From Octopus bimaculoides (Eukaryota): a stretch of DNA of 64,000 nt. Positions 14,111 to 27,237 of this stretch are shown piece by piece; within the stretch, counting starts at the first letter, position 1; each line of letters opens with the position of its first letter. The notes beneath the pieces are model-generated. The model saw only the letters and a program-made list of their open reading frames with translations. It had not been told where the DNA came from and ran no database searches. The stretch is taken from positions 48,861,932 to 48,925,931 of the forward strand of contig NC_068989.1 in NCBI RefSeq assembly GCF_001194135.2, in the 5' to 3' direction. The position numbers and the translations under genes are program-made.

Positions 14111-14628
14111 AATGATACATACATGCATGCACAAGTGTGTATGTGTATGCATACATCTATACAAACATGTGTAGTTAATTATCAAGCTGAATTTCATCTT
14201 TCCACTCTTACTATTACAAAAAAGTACTCCTCCCCATTTCTCTATCTACTGTATGAACATTGCTAGTAGTAGAATAAACCATTGAAAAACATTCTATCAA
14301 TAAATCAACCAATAGAGGAGTTGAGAAGCAGATTTCACTTAATTTATTCTGTCACAATGTTTCCAAAATTCTTAGCAATTAAGTAAATAAACTTCTTGCC
14401 AACAAGTCAAAGAAAGGGTTTCTATGTTGTAGTAAGACCTGTTAGAAATAGTAGCCATACCTCCTGCTCTGAAAAATCTATCAGACACACTGTATAATGT
14501 AGTCCTGAAGGAAAAATGAAGCAGTCATAAATAGAATGTCATTGTATACCCACTTGCTGACTCAGAATTAACAAGCAGTTAAACAATTAGATTTCTCAAC
14601 GCTGGAAAGCTAGAAGGTTGCTTTAGTG

Positions 14629-14880
14629 ATGTGGTTTCCAAAGGCCGGTACTGGCCCTCTGGGGATGGTGGAAAAATCCAGAGCTGGGGAGTTCGCTGAA
14701 GGAAAGCGGGGTCGATGAATATAAAAACAACAAAATAATGGGTTAATTAAGTTAAGTTTTATTTATGAAATACAATTGTTTTGAATATGATGCAGAAAGT
14801 GGTCTGTGTTGGTGGTAGGATGCTAAGAATGTGGCCTAGGTGTCAAAGGGGTGACAGTCTGAAAAAGTTGGGAACCACTG
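14629..14880. mobile_element. hAT (Charlie-like) MITE, 252 bp
   Basis: Perfect 8-bp TSD CTTTAGTG at 14621-14628 and 14881-14888; termini atgtggtttccaa / ttgggaaccactg. Confidence 0.8.
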
Positions 14881-15637
14881 CTTTAGTGTAACTGGTAGTA
14901 TATCTGTCTAGGGTTACAGAAGATGCATGATTCAATTCCCATCAGAATTTTTCTGTTCTTTTGCCAAAATATTATTTATCATTGAATTTGTTTTGAAATA
15001 CATTGTTAATAAAGAATTATTTGCATATTTCTTGATGGTTCTACTTTTACATTCTAAACATCATGCTCTTTCTTTTTTTTCTGTCTGTCTGTCTGTGTCT
15101 CCCATTTCTATTCATTAGTTCAAGACAATAACATGATAAAAACAAGAAAAAAGTAGAGATAATAGCCATTACTAGAGCAAAAACAAATAGAATTATATCC
15201 AGCCAGTCTCCACACCTCTTCAACCATCATTTCTTCTTGTGGCTTTGTCACTTTCATATATTAAATTTTTGTCATTATATATTAAATATAAAAAATAAAT
15301 GTATGACATATTTCTGTAATATTTAGAAGAATTTTCTTTTGAATGCATGAATTAACAAAGCTCAAATCATGTCGAATATCATAGTTTTGGGTAAATAATT
15401 GATTTCAATATTCAATTACATTAATATTTGTCTGATTCAACTTTCCTGCTTTTCACAATCTTTTGTTGCAAGACATAATTAGACATATATACACATTATA
15501 TATATATAGANNNNNNNNNNNNNNNNNNNNNNNNNNNNNNNNNNNNNNNNNNNNNNNNNNNNNNNNNNNNNNNNNNNNNNNNNNNNNNNNNNNNNNNNNN
15601 NNNNNNNNNNNNNNNNNNNNNNNNNNNNNNNNNNNNN

Positions 15638-15702
<65 letters not shown>

Positions 15703-16024
15703 GTAATTATTTCAGTCATAGGAGTGTGGCCAAGTAGGTGTACTGAAGTGGAGAGTTTAAATAACCAAAATGTATACACTAATTATTTTGAAGTGTAGTA
15801 AAGATTTTATTTGTTCCAATTTGCTGAACTGCTATGTTTGTTTTGGTAATATTCTGGAAGAACTGTTGCACCTTTTGAAGCACAGTAGCTGAACCAGGAA
15901 CAGGAATGTATTACTGAAAAATGTGTAAAAAAATGAAGTGATTTGAATATTGCTGGTGATTTTTACACAGTTTTTACTGATACACATGTACACACAGACA
16001 TGTGTGTGTATACACATATGTGTG

Positions 16025-16122
16025 TATATTTTTATTGATATTTGGTAAGAGCAACAGAGTGACTCAAATGCTGAGTCCCTTGAGTCACTCTGTTGCTTCA
16101 GCTAAATATTAATAAAAATATA
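16025..16122 (+). other. 98-nt hairpin (43-position stem, 12-nt loop): candidate pri-miRNA or tiny TA-flanked foldback element
   Basis: 16025-16067 pairs with 16080-16122: 37 Watson-Crick pairs, 4 G-U and one 2x2 internal loop. Confidence is for the structure only; function is unknown. Confidence 0.85.
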
Positions 16123-16138
16123 TTCATATAGTCATTAC

Positions 16139-16272
16139 GCAGAAGTGGCTGTGTGGTAAGATGCTTGCTTCCCAACCACATAGTTCCGGATTCAGTCCCA
16201 CTCCATGGCAGCCTCAGGTCGATCAAAGCCTTGTAAGTGCATTTGGTAGACAGAAACTGAAAGAAGCCCATC

Positions 16273-16324
<52 letters not shown>

Positions 16325-16528
16325 ATTTGTGTGTCTGTGTTTCTCCCCCCACCATCACTTGACAACTAATGTTGGTGTGTTTATGTCCTCATAAACTAGT
16401 AGTCCAGTAAAAGAGACTGATAAAATAAGTACTAAGCTTGCAAAGAATAAGTCCTGGAGTCAATTTGTTTGACTGAAGGCGGAGCTCCAGCATGGCCACA
16501 GTCAAATGACTGAAACAAGTAAAAGAAT
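16139..16528 (+). mobile_element. Near full-length CORE-type SINE with internal (TA)n
   Basis: Head gtggctgtgtggtaag...ggattcagtccc, body aaagccttgtaagtgcatttggtagacagaaactgaaagaagccc, tail ...caaatgactgaaacaagtaaaagaat. The CORE segment is partly deleted. Confidence 0.7.
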
Positions 16529-16821
16529 TCACATATTTTGAGTTCTATTTTCCCTGTTTGCATCACCATACCTATGTGTGTGTGTGTGTGTGTGTGTGTG
16601 CATGTGTATAAATGCACACACACAAGTGAATGGACAAACAAAAGAAAGTGACACTCAATGTATTCCATATGTATATATACGCATATGTATATATACGCAT
16701 ATGTATATACACACGTATGTATGTACACATATGTATATATACACATATATACATGTGTGTATATATACACACATACGTATATATATATACATGTATGTAT
16801 ATATATATACATACACACACG

Positions 16822-16859
<38 letters not shown>

Positions 16860-17169
16860 CACACATATATATATATACACACACACACAAACACACAAAT
16901 ATAAATATATATATCAGTATACATATATACATAAATACACACATACATATATACACACACACAGTTATGCACACACACACACACACAACAGATTGATGGC
17001 ATTTTCTTTCAGAGGTTTTCATGTAGGTTAACAGGTTACTAGTCTGTTGAATGTTTTTGTTGAAGTAACTAATCTAGATGAAGAAAAATAATTTTCTTAA
17101 GATATAAGTACAAAATCAAATATTGATTTTTATTTTTTTACATATCTTTTGTATTTTTAAATACATACA

Positions 17170-17230
<61 letters not shown>

Positions 17231-18476
17231 CATACACACACACAAATACATGTCTATTTATCACACATACGAAATATGTACATAAATGTATATGTAAATA
17301 AAAATATGCATATGTTTTGAATACAGTCATGGTTTTTGCTAACGAGACTTAAGAGACAGAAATAAATTAGAAATTTTATGTATTCCACAAGTAAGTGTTA
17401 TGTGTAACAATGAGAAGCACAGTTTCCAAGGTAACAGAAAGACACATATGATATTTTATTATCAAATTATATATAAAAAAAGAACATAATCTAGTTTAAG
17501 TTCATCTATTATACTAAAACAAACGTAAGTCGATATTAGCTTGTTTGCGAAGCTACATTTCATAACCATACATGTTAAAAATATGAGTTTGAATATATTA
17601 CATTCTGGCGCTTGTTTAAATCAAACTATGGCAAACAATGGCTATAACTTATGATAGGAATTGGAAGCTTTCTAGATCTTTCCGTTCCATTCTTTCATTA
17701 AAAAATTAAATAAAAGAAAGAGAAAGATATATAATACAATGAGGTAGGGCAGTAAAACTCAGAAACTGAACATGGCTTCTATAATTCCGTGATCCATCTG
17801 TTTCAGACTAGCCTGACATTATACGCCTTACATTAGCTTGGCAATAAATTTCGTTGAAGTCACTGAACATGGTTGAGAATGAAAATATCTTCTTAAGGAT
17901 GCATTATTTTATTGAAACCTTGTGAGGTTTATGAGGTTTCTCTCTCCCCACCTTTAACATTAATTTAAATCTTTAAGATTTATAAACCATAAATAATTAT
18001 TTCCTTTAAGCCAACATCAGAATTTGTTTAATTATCTTTTGCATTTCTATCTCACTTTCCTTACTTCAGTTCATTAAGTTACCTTCTAGGTTTAAATTAT
18101 GTTTATGTAGAAAATAGGCAGCACATTTATCATTTATACACACATACATATTATATATAAACATATCTATATACAAGTAAATATATATATATAAAAATAT
18201 GTATATAAACATTTATATAAAAAATATCTAAACATATATAAAACAAATATAAACATATATATAAAAATATATATAAATATAAACATATATAAAAATATAT
18301 ATATACATATATAAACATATGTATAAGAATATATATATATATTTTAATATATACATACATATATAAAAAATATATATAAACATATATGATATAAGTGCAC
18401 ACACAAAATATGTATCTATCTGTATTACAAGCTCACATGCATATGTGTACACACCGACATATACATTCACACTCAT

Positions 18477-19310
18477 ATGGAAGCAAAACCTGAAATCAAT
18501 AAGCCTCAAAGTAAACTTGGCAAAGATGAAAGTTTTAGTTAAAAAGAAAGACAGGATTCTATTGCCACCAGGAGAATGGCTGTGTTTGATATGCAAAAAA
18601 GGAGTAAGAACTCCATACATTGTACATAATGTCAACTACGTGTGCACAAGAGATGCACTGGGATCACTTGCAATAAGATTTTGTACGTGGCAGATGTATA
18701 GGAATAGGCAGCAGTCAGAGCAGTAGTGAAATAAATTTTATGTTAAATGCTGGAAAGGCTCTATAATGGTAGTTGATAGTTACTGTTACCTGGGCAACCT
18801 AATCAGTTGTGGAAGAAGGTACTCAAAAAAAAAAAAAAAAAAAAAAAAGGGAAAAGAAAAGAAAAGACAATAGCCAGCATTAGGGCAAGGTGGAAAAAGA
18901 TCATGGAGCTATTACCTCTGGTGGTAATAAAGATATTCTCTCTCTGAGTGAAAGGTAGATTTTATGTTGCTTGCATATAAAATAAAGTGCTGCATGGTAG
19001 TGCAGGTCGTGCAAAAATTAGAGAAACATGAAGCAAGCATGCACCCTAGTTGTACAACAATGAAGTCTATATCAGTACATGAGAGATAACAGATGGATAA
19101 AGAAGTGTCAGAGTATCCAAGTGAAAGGAAGCTGTAGAAGAGGAAGACCAAGGGAGATGTGGATAGAAATGGTAAAAGTTGATTCCAGGATGCTCATCTT
19201 CATGAAAGAGATGACAAAGGAATGCAACAAATGTTGAGAGGCTGTATCGGAAAGAACTTGTCCAATCTATGCAAGAATGGAAAAACAGATGGATGCAATA
19301 TGATGATGAT
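18477..19310 (+). mobile_element. Old RTE-clade LINE 3' fragment (post-RT region, stops/deletions), interrupted by poly-A
   Basis: Peptides WKQNLKSISLKVNLAKMKVL, GEWLCLICKKGV, VVDSYCYLGNLIS, IRARWKKIMELLPL, VKGRFY, GSCRRGRPREMW; (GAT)n end. Confidence 0.8.
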
Positions 19311-19519
19311 AATGCTTGTAATGATACATACACATGCATGCACGCACACACAGAGGCATTACTCACAAAAATGTCTCTACATATATGTGTATACATGTGT
19401 GAGTGTGTAGAAGTATGAGTAGTGTACAAATGGGTGAAAGAACTCAACGTATAAAGCTGTGTATATACAATTTTTTCTATTTGCTTAGAATATCATAGGA
19501 GTTACTCAAATGTCAAGAG

Positions 19520-19829
19520 CAGGGGTTCTCAAGCATCGTTTTTTTATTTATGGTTCTCTTTGATTACTATTTTATTCTGGTGGGACCCCGTAGTTTTATA
19601 AAAACTTCTTTCAAAATTTATCTGTGTAGGTTGAACTATGTAAAGTGTTAGCGAAAGAAACCTAGCTGTTTCTTGCAATACATACTAATATATGCATCTA
19701 AAGCAAAATTTTTTCAGGGGCCCTTGAAATACTATTGTGGATCTCCAATTTATTATTTTGTTGCATGGACCCCACCAAAATCTTATATGGACCTTCAGGG
19801 GCCTTATGGACCCCAGTTGAGAACCACTG
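19520..19829. mobile_element. hAT MITE (310 bp), same family as 48519-48857
   Basis: TIR caggggttctcaa / ttgagaaccactg; degenerate 8-bp TSD gtcaagag/atctaggg; internal homology to 48519. Confidence 0.75.
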
Positions 19830-20604
19830 ATCTAGGGTATCATACCAAAGTATTTATTAAAAATTTAAATGAAAAAAACAAAAATGAAAAAACATTAATA
19901 CTATGTACTGTAATTGTACACAATTACTGTACATAAATTAGAAAACTCACTGGAATAAGAGCTTGTGCTAACAACATGAATTATGTATGCATGTACACAA
20001 AAGATTTGCTTTTGTGTGTGTGTGTGTGTGTACATGCGAGTGATGAAACTGTATGGAAATACTGTGTTGGAGGAAGGACTTTATCTACTGCCTAGTTTAA
20101 TGTGAATGACCAAATAGATATTCCTGTTTTAGCTTGAAGGCTGTTATTAAAAGATGAAAGTAGATACTAGCTGACTCTTCACATGAAAGGTGGAACAATT
20201 CACACATTGTATCACTTTTGGTTTTTCTAATTTTTGATAAATTTGCAAGTATTTTCAGTGCTGTCTTTTTTGTGTTATTAATGATGATTCATAAATGCTG
20301 TTGTTCTACTTCTAGCACCATGGTAACCAAATACATTTGCGTACACACACCCATATAAACATATATACATATGCAGAGACATGCATATATATNNNNNNNN
20401 NNNNNNNNNNNNNNNNNNNNNNNNNNNNNNNNNNNNNNNNNNNNNNNNNTATATACACATACATACATATATATATACATACATACATATATATATATGT
20501 ACATACATATATACTTACTTGGAAGAGGATGCATGGCATTCAATCATATAATAATACAAATAATATATATATATATATGCATATATACATACGTATAGGG
20601 GGGC

Positions 20605-21816
20605 CATGTCAGTAGCAGGAGTGGATGCTCTGAAAGTGTCACTGCTAGAATAAGAATAGCCTGGCAAAGTTCAGAGAGCTCCTACCTCTGCTAGTGACAA
20701 AGGGCCTCTTGCTCAGTGTAAAAGGCAGACTGTACGATGTATGTGTGCGAACTGCCATGCTACATGGCAGTGAAACATGGGCTGTGACTGCTGACGACAT
20801 GTCTAAGCTTGCAAGAAATGAAGCCAGTTTGCTCTGCTGGATGTGTAATGTCAGTGTGCATACACGCAGAGTGTAAGCGCCCTGAGAGAAAACTTGGATT
20901 TAAGAAGCATCAGATGTGGTGTGCAAGAGAGACGACTGCGAATGAATGAAGACAGCTGTATGAAAAAGTGTCACACCCTGGCAGTTGAGGGAACCTGTGG
21001 AAGAGGTAGACCCAGGAAAACCTGGAATGAGGTGGTGAAGCACGACCTTTGAACATTAGGCCTTACCGAGGCAATGACTAGCGACTGAGACCTTTGGAGA
21101 TATGCTGTGCTTGAGAAGACCTGACAAGCCAAGTGAGACCATAGTCCATGGCCTATGCCAGTGGGTGTAACCAGCCCATTTATGAATACCCCTCATTCAT
21201 TGGACAATAAACCTTGCTTGTGAAAACCTATTGAGGCAAGTGAAATCAAAATTGCTGATGTGGCTGACGACAGTACTGCCTGATTGGCACTCGTGCCAGT
21301 GGAATGTTAAAAGTACATCCGAGCGTGACCATTGCCAGGGCCACGGGTTGGCTCCCGTGCCGGTGACACATGAAAAGCACCATTCGAGCATGATTGTAGC
21401 CAGTGTTGCCTTACTGGCACATGTGCCAGTGACACATGAAAAGCACCATTCGAGCATGATCATAGCAAGTGTCGCCTTACAGGCACATGTGCTGGTGGCA
21501 CATGGAAAACAACATTTGAGTGTGGTCGTTGCCAGTGCCGCCGGAGTAGCTCCTGTGCAGGTAGCATGTAAAAACACCTTTTGAGTGTGAGCATGGTCGT
21601 TGCCAGAACCGCCTGACTGGCCCTCATGCCAGTGGCACATAAAAAGCACCCACTACATTCTCAGAGTGGTTGGCGTTAGGAAGTGCATCCAGCTGTAGAA
21701 ACCTTGACAGATCAGATTGGAGCCTGGTGCAGCCTCCTGGCTTGCCGGTCCCCTGTCAAACTGTCCAACCCATGCCAACATGGAAAACAGACGTTAAACA
21801 ATGATGATGATGATGA
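20605..21816 (+). mobile_element. 5'-truncated RTE-clade LINE (ORF C-terminus + 3' UTR + (GAT)n)
   Basis: Peptides GCSESVTARIRIAW, KGLLLSVKGRLYDVCVRTAMLHGSETWAV, EKLGLRSIRCGVQERRL, VEGTCGRGRPRKTWNEVVKHDL; frameshifted. Confidence 0.9.
21293..21650 (+). repeat. About 66-bp tandem repeat (5-6 units) inside the RTE 3' UTR
   Basis: gtgc-type motif starts at 21293, 21357, 21423, 21489, 21555 and 21626. Confidence 0.85.
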
Positions 21817-22297
21817 ATTTAAATTACATTCAAAATGAGTTTTTAGAAAGAGTAAAGTGAATACGATTTTACATAAACAAATCCCTTACAATCATACAGA
21901 TGTTTTAATGTTGAAACATTCTCCTCTCATGATTTATTTCATGCATAGAGAGATAGGTATCCAACATGAAAGTGACATTGAGCACACATATACATGCATG
22001 CACATATACTCACATACACTTAAAGAGTATTTTAGTCTGTTACTGATGTTTGTATAAATCAATGTTGCTAAAAACACACACACTGCTTATATTTTGATTC
22101 CTTCTATAATTATTATCATTACTCAACAAGTTAACTAATTATCCAACTAATCAGTTAATTATATGGCCATTCTTTTGATCAATCAATCAGTTTGCCAGAG
22201 TCTGTTTGTCATTATTTGTGACTTCAATGATATGCCCACATCTACTCAAAGTCTGCTACAACCAAAAACTGCTGCTGCTAATAATAATAATAATAAT

Positions 22298-22454
22298 GTT
22301 TTGACAGACATTTCGAAGAACAATACTCTGGGCAAAACCGAAAATATGACACCCTAGTCATAACACCAACTCCAACTTCCAGCTTGTTGTCTCTTGAGGT
22401 CTCTGGGTGAGACTTGGAGTCAATTTGTACAAATACAAAACAAAAGCCAACGAC

Positions 22455-22456
<2 letters not shown>
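22298..22456 (+). mobile_element. About 160-bp insert between two (AAT)n tracts; probable 3' end of a TAA-targeting non-LTR element
   Basis: Unique segment bracketed by (AAT)n at about 22280-22297 and 22457-22491; same context as the REL fragment at 26256. No clear ORF. Confidence 0.4.
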
Positions 22457-22491
<35 letters not shown>

Positions 22492-22492
<1 letters not shown>

Positions 22493-22892
22493 TGTTTCAA
22501 ATTCTGGCACAAGGCCAGCAATTTTGGGGGAGAGGATAAGTCGATTACATCCCAGTATTCAACTAGTACTCATTTTATTGACCCCCCACCCCAAAAAAGG
22601 ATTTTAGGGAAAGTCAATCTTGGTGGAATATAAAGGTAGACAGCATTTTACCTGGCATGGTAACATAAAAATAATAATAATAATCTTTTCTACTATAGGC
22701 ACAAGGCCTGAAATTTGTGGGGTGTGGGAGAGTTAATTACATCGACTTCAGTGCTCATCTGGTACTTGTTTAATCCACCCTGAAAGGATGAAAGACAAAG
22801 TTGGCCTTGGTGGAATTTGAACTCAGAATATAAAAGGGATGAAATACTGCTAAGCACTTTGTTCAATATGCTAATGATTCTGCCAGCTTACA
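22492..22892 (-). mobile_element. Two tandem (ATT)n-associated SINE copies
   Basis: Reverse-complement matches to 9892-10107, separated by (AAT)n. Confidence 0.7.
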
Positions 22893-24381
22893 GTCTACTA
22901 ACAACAAAAAGTGAAAATATAATTTAATGCATGTGTTTTTATTGGTAAAATGACCCTTCCAGAGTACAACAACATCTGTTTCAACACAATTTCATATCAA
23001 GAATATTGCTAAACAACTACAAAATCAATATATATGCATATTTATATATATTTGTATTATCTACAGTGAAAAATATTCCTGAAATCCAATCACGTACACA
23101 TATAATATACGCAGATAAATGTTTACATACTGTTAGGTGTGATGTGTGGGTGGGGGTCCTTTTTGGAGTGGATAGAGTGGAAGGATGAGTAATAATTGTT
23201 TGTGGGTGATATAACACTTGAAAAGTTAACAGTTAATGTTTGGTTTGATGAGAATACATGAAAAGGAAGATAGTTTGCATAGTAAAGCCAGATAGATTTA
23301 TGTAAATGTATAACTAAGAATGAAATATTCAATTTGACCTCCTCTTCATTTAGGCTAATAAATCTTATAAAATTAAGATTAACACATCAATACCACTGTG
23401 CAGTGATAAGGGTGTATTTATATTCTATCAACTTGATCAGCGTGTTACTCTTAGCACAATACATTAATTGATAGTTGAGAGAGCTGATATGAACTTCAAT
23501 GCTGTAATTTGGTCTTACTGATTATAATTAGGTAAGTATGGTGAAAGAGACTACAATATTTATCAATCATCAGTTCAATATAAACAGGATAACAGTTGAA
23601 AATACTGAAATATTTATGAAATATAGAAGAATGAAAATGATACAAAGACTGACTTGCTCTGCCTTTCATGTAAAAAGCTAACAAGTATCTCCCTTCATCG
23701 CTCAATAACAGCATCTGTGTTAAAGAAGGAGCAGCTTTCTGGTCATTCATATTAAACTGGTTAATATAATAAAATCTACCTCTGAATCAGGGTTTCCACA
23801 CAGTTTCCAAAAATGAATTTCACTGACAAGGCTTTGGTTGACATTTTTAACTAAAGTGCCATTTGTTCAATGAAATTGATCCTGAAACCAAGTAGTTGGG
23901 AAGCTAATCTTTTAGCCATAGCACCACAACTCTCATAAGCATCCTGAAATTTACATATTGCTTCTGTCTAATGAAACATTAATGCTATCAGTCTGCTACA
24001 GAGGCAACTGAAAAGATAGGAAGCTGTCTTAGATTATTTACAATATCTAATTTAAGCTCTTACATTTTGCTGAGGTGAATTTTTTCACAATTACACGAGG
24101 AACCCTACTAATATACATTTACTGACCCTGGCTAAAAAAGGTAAGAAAAAGAGACTTCACAAGAAAAAAGCAAGTAATATATTCTTTTATTCTTTTACTT
24201 GTTCCAGTCATTTATTTGACTGTGTCCATGCTGGAGCACCATGTGTGTGTGTATGTGTGTCCAACCCATGCGAGTATGGAAGGTGGACATTAAACGATGA
24301 TGATGATGATGATGATGATGATATGTATATATATATACTTTTCATTGCATTACTTTTAAATTTTATTTATATACATTTTAA

Positions 24382-24596
24382 CCCTTTAGCATTTAGTCAT
24401 ATCTAACCCAAACATTCTACCTGTTTTAAACTCAAGTCAGCCAGGATCTGGCCTCTCACATCTACCCTACAATGTCATTATAAATTCTGCAATCATATCA
24501 TTGAAATTTTAAAGCTAAAAGGTAAAGTATGATTAATGCAAAACAATGTTGATAAATAAGCATTACATTTGGCAGAATAATCTAGATGCCAAAGGG
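24382..24596. mobile_element. piggyBac-type MITE (215 bp)
   Basis: TTAA|CCCTTTAGCATTTAG ... CTAGATGCCAAAGGG|TTGA (13/15 TIR); inverted homologue at 54802. Confidence 0.75.
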
Positions 24597-25914
24597 TTGA
24601 CATGCTTCTACAATCAGCATCCTTTTATTGGTGTATGTTTAACGTAAATTTGCACATTGGTGAAACGTTACCCACTAAACTCTAAGGTAAGGATGGAGTA
24701 ATGTATTTGTCCGCCAGGCAAACTGACAAACTGAGACAAGCAGAGTCAGTTTGGTTACTCAACAAGCAAAATACAAAATACAATGGGTTGTTCATTTTTG
24801 AGTTTATTCTGAAGTTGCGATATGTAATAGAACTGAAAATACAGCCACTTTTTTTTTTTTGTCAGGTCTTCTATCATGGTACAAATCTGCATCTCTGAAA
24901 TTTAGCCAATGAATACTGACAGTGCTGCAGCAGCTACATACACAAAATAAATTACTATAATAGCAAAGATAGCACCTATGACCACCGTTTGGTTAGCAGT
25001 TTAGCACTTTAACCTCACAGCCATTGAGCAATGAAATTCTATCACTGTATTGCAGATAAAAGGTAAAAAGAAAACCAAAATATCTTTAATAAACATCCTG
25101 TGAGCTTTTCTTAAATAAGCCTGTCATTTTTCTGAATGAAGACTTACATTTCTATGTAAACAGTAGGTATCATTTGTGCACCTGCTCTGACAGTTATAAG
25201 ACCACTTTCACACAGAAATCCCTTGCAGGATTCTATGTCATTGACTGAACTTCTGTTTCTTTTATTAGCAGAATACATCAGATATATAAAAAAGAAAATA
25301 CAAATTCAATAACAATATTTTATGTTTTGGTTCCAGTAAATATACAAGTCTAAGTGTGTGTATTTACATTTATCTACTCCCACCCCATATACATATATAT
25401 AAATACACACATGCACACACACACAGATGTAAATATATGCATACATACAAACATTTACATCTATCTCTTTCTACACACACACACACTGTATAACTCTGAG
25501 CAACTGAATATGTTCTAGGGAAATAAAACAAAAACAAGACATCTAACATGTCTGCAGAAGACAAGTTTAAAATGCTTTTCTCTATCGGCCATTTCAGACA
25601 AGCTGCAGAGCACATTAGGTCCACATAATCAATGACAAAAAGGACTGTTTCAGATATTTTATATTTCTTGATAAGAAAACAATACTTTAAGATGCACTAC
25701 TTTTATTTTCATAATAATAATTATTATTTTATTTGTTTACTTTTCTTTTAAAAAATTTTTTTTCTCTGTCTTCCCTTTTTTCTCTATCGCATGACTTTGT
25801 AAATGAACAATCTAGTGTGTTTATTTTAATGGCCTACCCTAGGTGTCAGGAAGACACTTGGAAAGAAATGGAAACAGAATTGAAAGAAGATGCTAATGAA
25901 AATGATAATAATAA

Positions 25915-26126
25915 TGGTTTCAAATTTTTGCAGAAGGCCAGTAAGTTTGGCTTAAAAGCTAAGTCGATTACATTGACCTCAGAGCTTAACTAGTACCTAT
26001 CTTATCGACCCTGAAGTGATGAAAGGCAAAGTCAACCTTGGTGGAAATTGAACTTAGAACATGAAGACGGATGAAATGCCACCAAGCATTTGCCTGGTGT
26101 GCTAATGATTCTGCCAGCTTGCTGCC

Positions 26127-26128
<2 letters not shown>
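25915..26128 (-). mobile_element. (ATT)n-associated tRNA SINE
   Basis: Reverse complement of the 9892-type consensus; head abuts (AAT)n at 26129. Confidence 0.75.
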
Positions 26129-26178
<50 letters not shown>

Positions 26179-26207
26179 CAACAATAATGATGATGATGAT
26201 GATGATG

Positions 26208-26238
<31 letters not shown>

Positions 26239-26255
26239 TAATAATAATAATAATA

Positions 26256-26674
26256 TGGTATAAACACACGCCAGAAAAGGTCACAGAAAACGAGAAAGCA
26301 ACCATACTCTGGGATATGCCAATACACACAGATAGAGAAATTAAGGCAAATAGACCAGATATAGTTGTCAAAGATCATGAAGNNNNNNNNNNTAACTCGA
26401 ATGTGGAATCTAAAAACAGAAACAATTCCTATCATAGTAGGTGCCTTAGGTATAATAAAAAAATATTCAGACAAATACATAACAAAAATAGCAGGACTTA
26501 CAAATATATATAACATACAGAAAATTGCACTACTGGGTACTGCACACATTCTACGCAAAACACTTTCAATACAGTAAACATAAGAGCACCACAGCAAACC
26601 ACAGCACATACCCAAGGCGCACAGAGCTGCGCTCGGTAGTGAAGTGAAAGCACGTTATAAAAATAAAACTACTG
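26256..26674 (+). mobile_element. 5'-truncated R4/Dong-like non-LTR element: REL endonuclease C-terminus + 3' UTR, inside (AAT)n
   Basis: WYKHTPEKVTENEKATILWDMPIHTDREIKANRPDIVVKD [N-gap] TRMWNLKTETIPIIVGALG...QKIALLGTAHILRKTLSIQ* (stop 26575-26577). 3' UTR hairpin gcgca-cagagc-tgcgc at 26617-26632; (AAT)n on both sides. Confidence 0.85.
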
Positions 26675-26727
26675 AATAATAATAATAATATTAATAGTAA
26701 TAATAATAATAATAATAATAATCATCC

Positions 26728-26925
26728 TTTCAACTATAGGCACAATGCCTGAAATTTTGGAGAAGGGAGCTAGTCAATTTCCTCAACCCCCACCCCCATC
26801 CCAGTAGTTTGATTGGTGCCCATTTTATCAGTTGACCTTGGAAGAAATGGAACTCAGAACATAAAGCCAGATGAAATGCTGCTAGACATTTTGTTCAGTG
26901 TGCTAATGATTCTGCTAGCTCACTG
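26728..26925 (-). mobile_element. (ATT)n-associated tRNA SINE
   Basis: Reverse complement of 9892-type; partly deleted centre. Confidence 0.65.
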
Positions 26926-26940
26926 CTATAGTAATAAAAT

Positions 26941-27200
26941 GAGAAATATTAGGATCTAGCTAGAGAGCTAAAGAGACTGTGGAAGACTAAGACAACAATT
27001 ATTCCTGTAGTAATTACTGCACTTGGCACAACACCGAAAATACTATCTAAAAGATTGAAAGAGATTAGATTTGAAACTTGCATTGTTGATCCACAGAAAT
27101 GTACTATCCTATATTCTGCAAGTATCTTAAGAAAGATTCTTGAGATTTGAGGAGGCTTGTTGTCACCAACCATTCAGATAAAATGCCTGCTAACTAAGTT
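26941..27200 (+). mobile_element. Second, divergent R4/Dong-like REL C-terminal fragment
   Basis: 26941-27150 translates EKY*DLARELKRLWKTKTTIIPVVITALGTTPKILSKRL...QKCTILYSASILRKILEI*, alignable with the 26256 peptide. Not in the ORF track. Confidence 0.75.
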
Positions 27201-27237
27201 GGCTTGCACTAGTTTAATTATAATGATAATTATTATT

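Noticed and set aside
24701-24898. LFIFEFILKL resembling an ion-channel S2 helix
   Set aside because: Short hydrophobic match expected by chance in T-rich DNA; no flanking splice sites; opposite strand to the best exon.
25148-25290. Minus-strand open frame ending at a gtaagt donor (SSVNDIESCKGFLCESG...)
   Set aside because: No polypyrimidine tract adjacent to a suitable AG.
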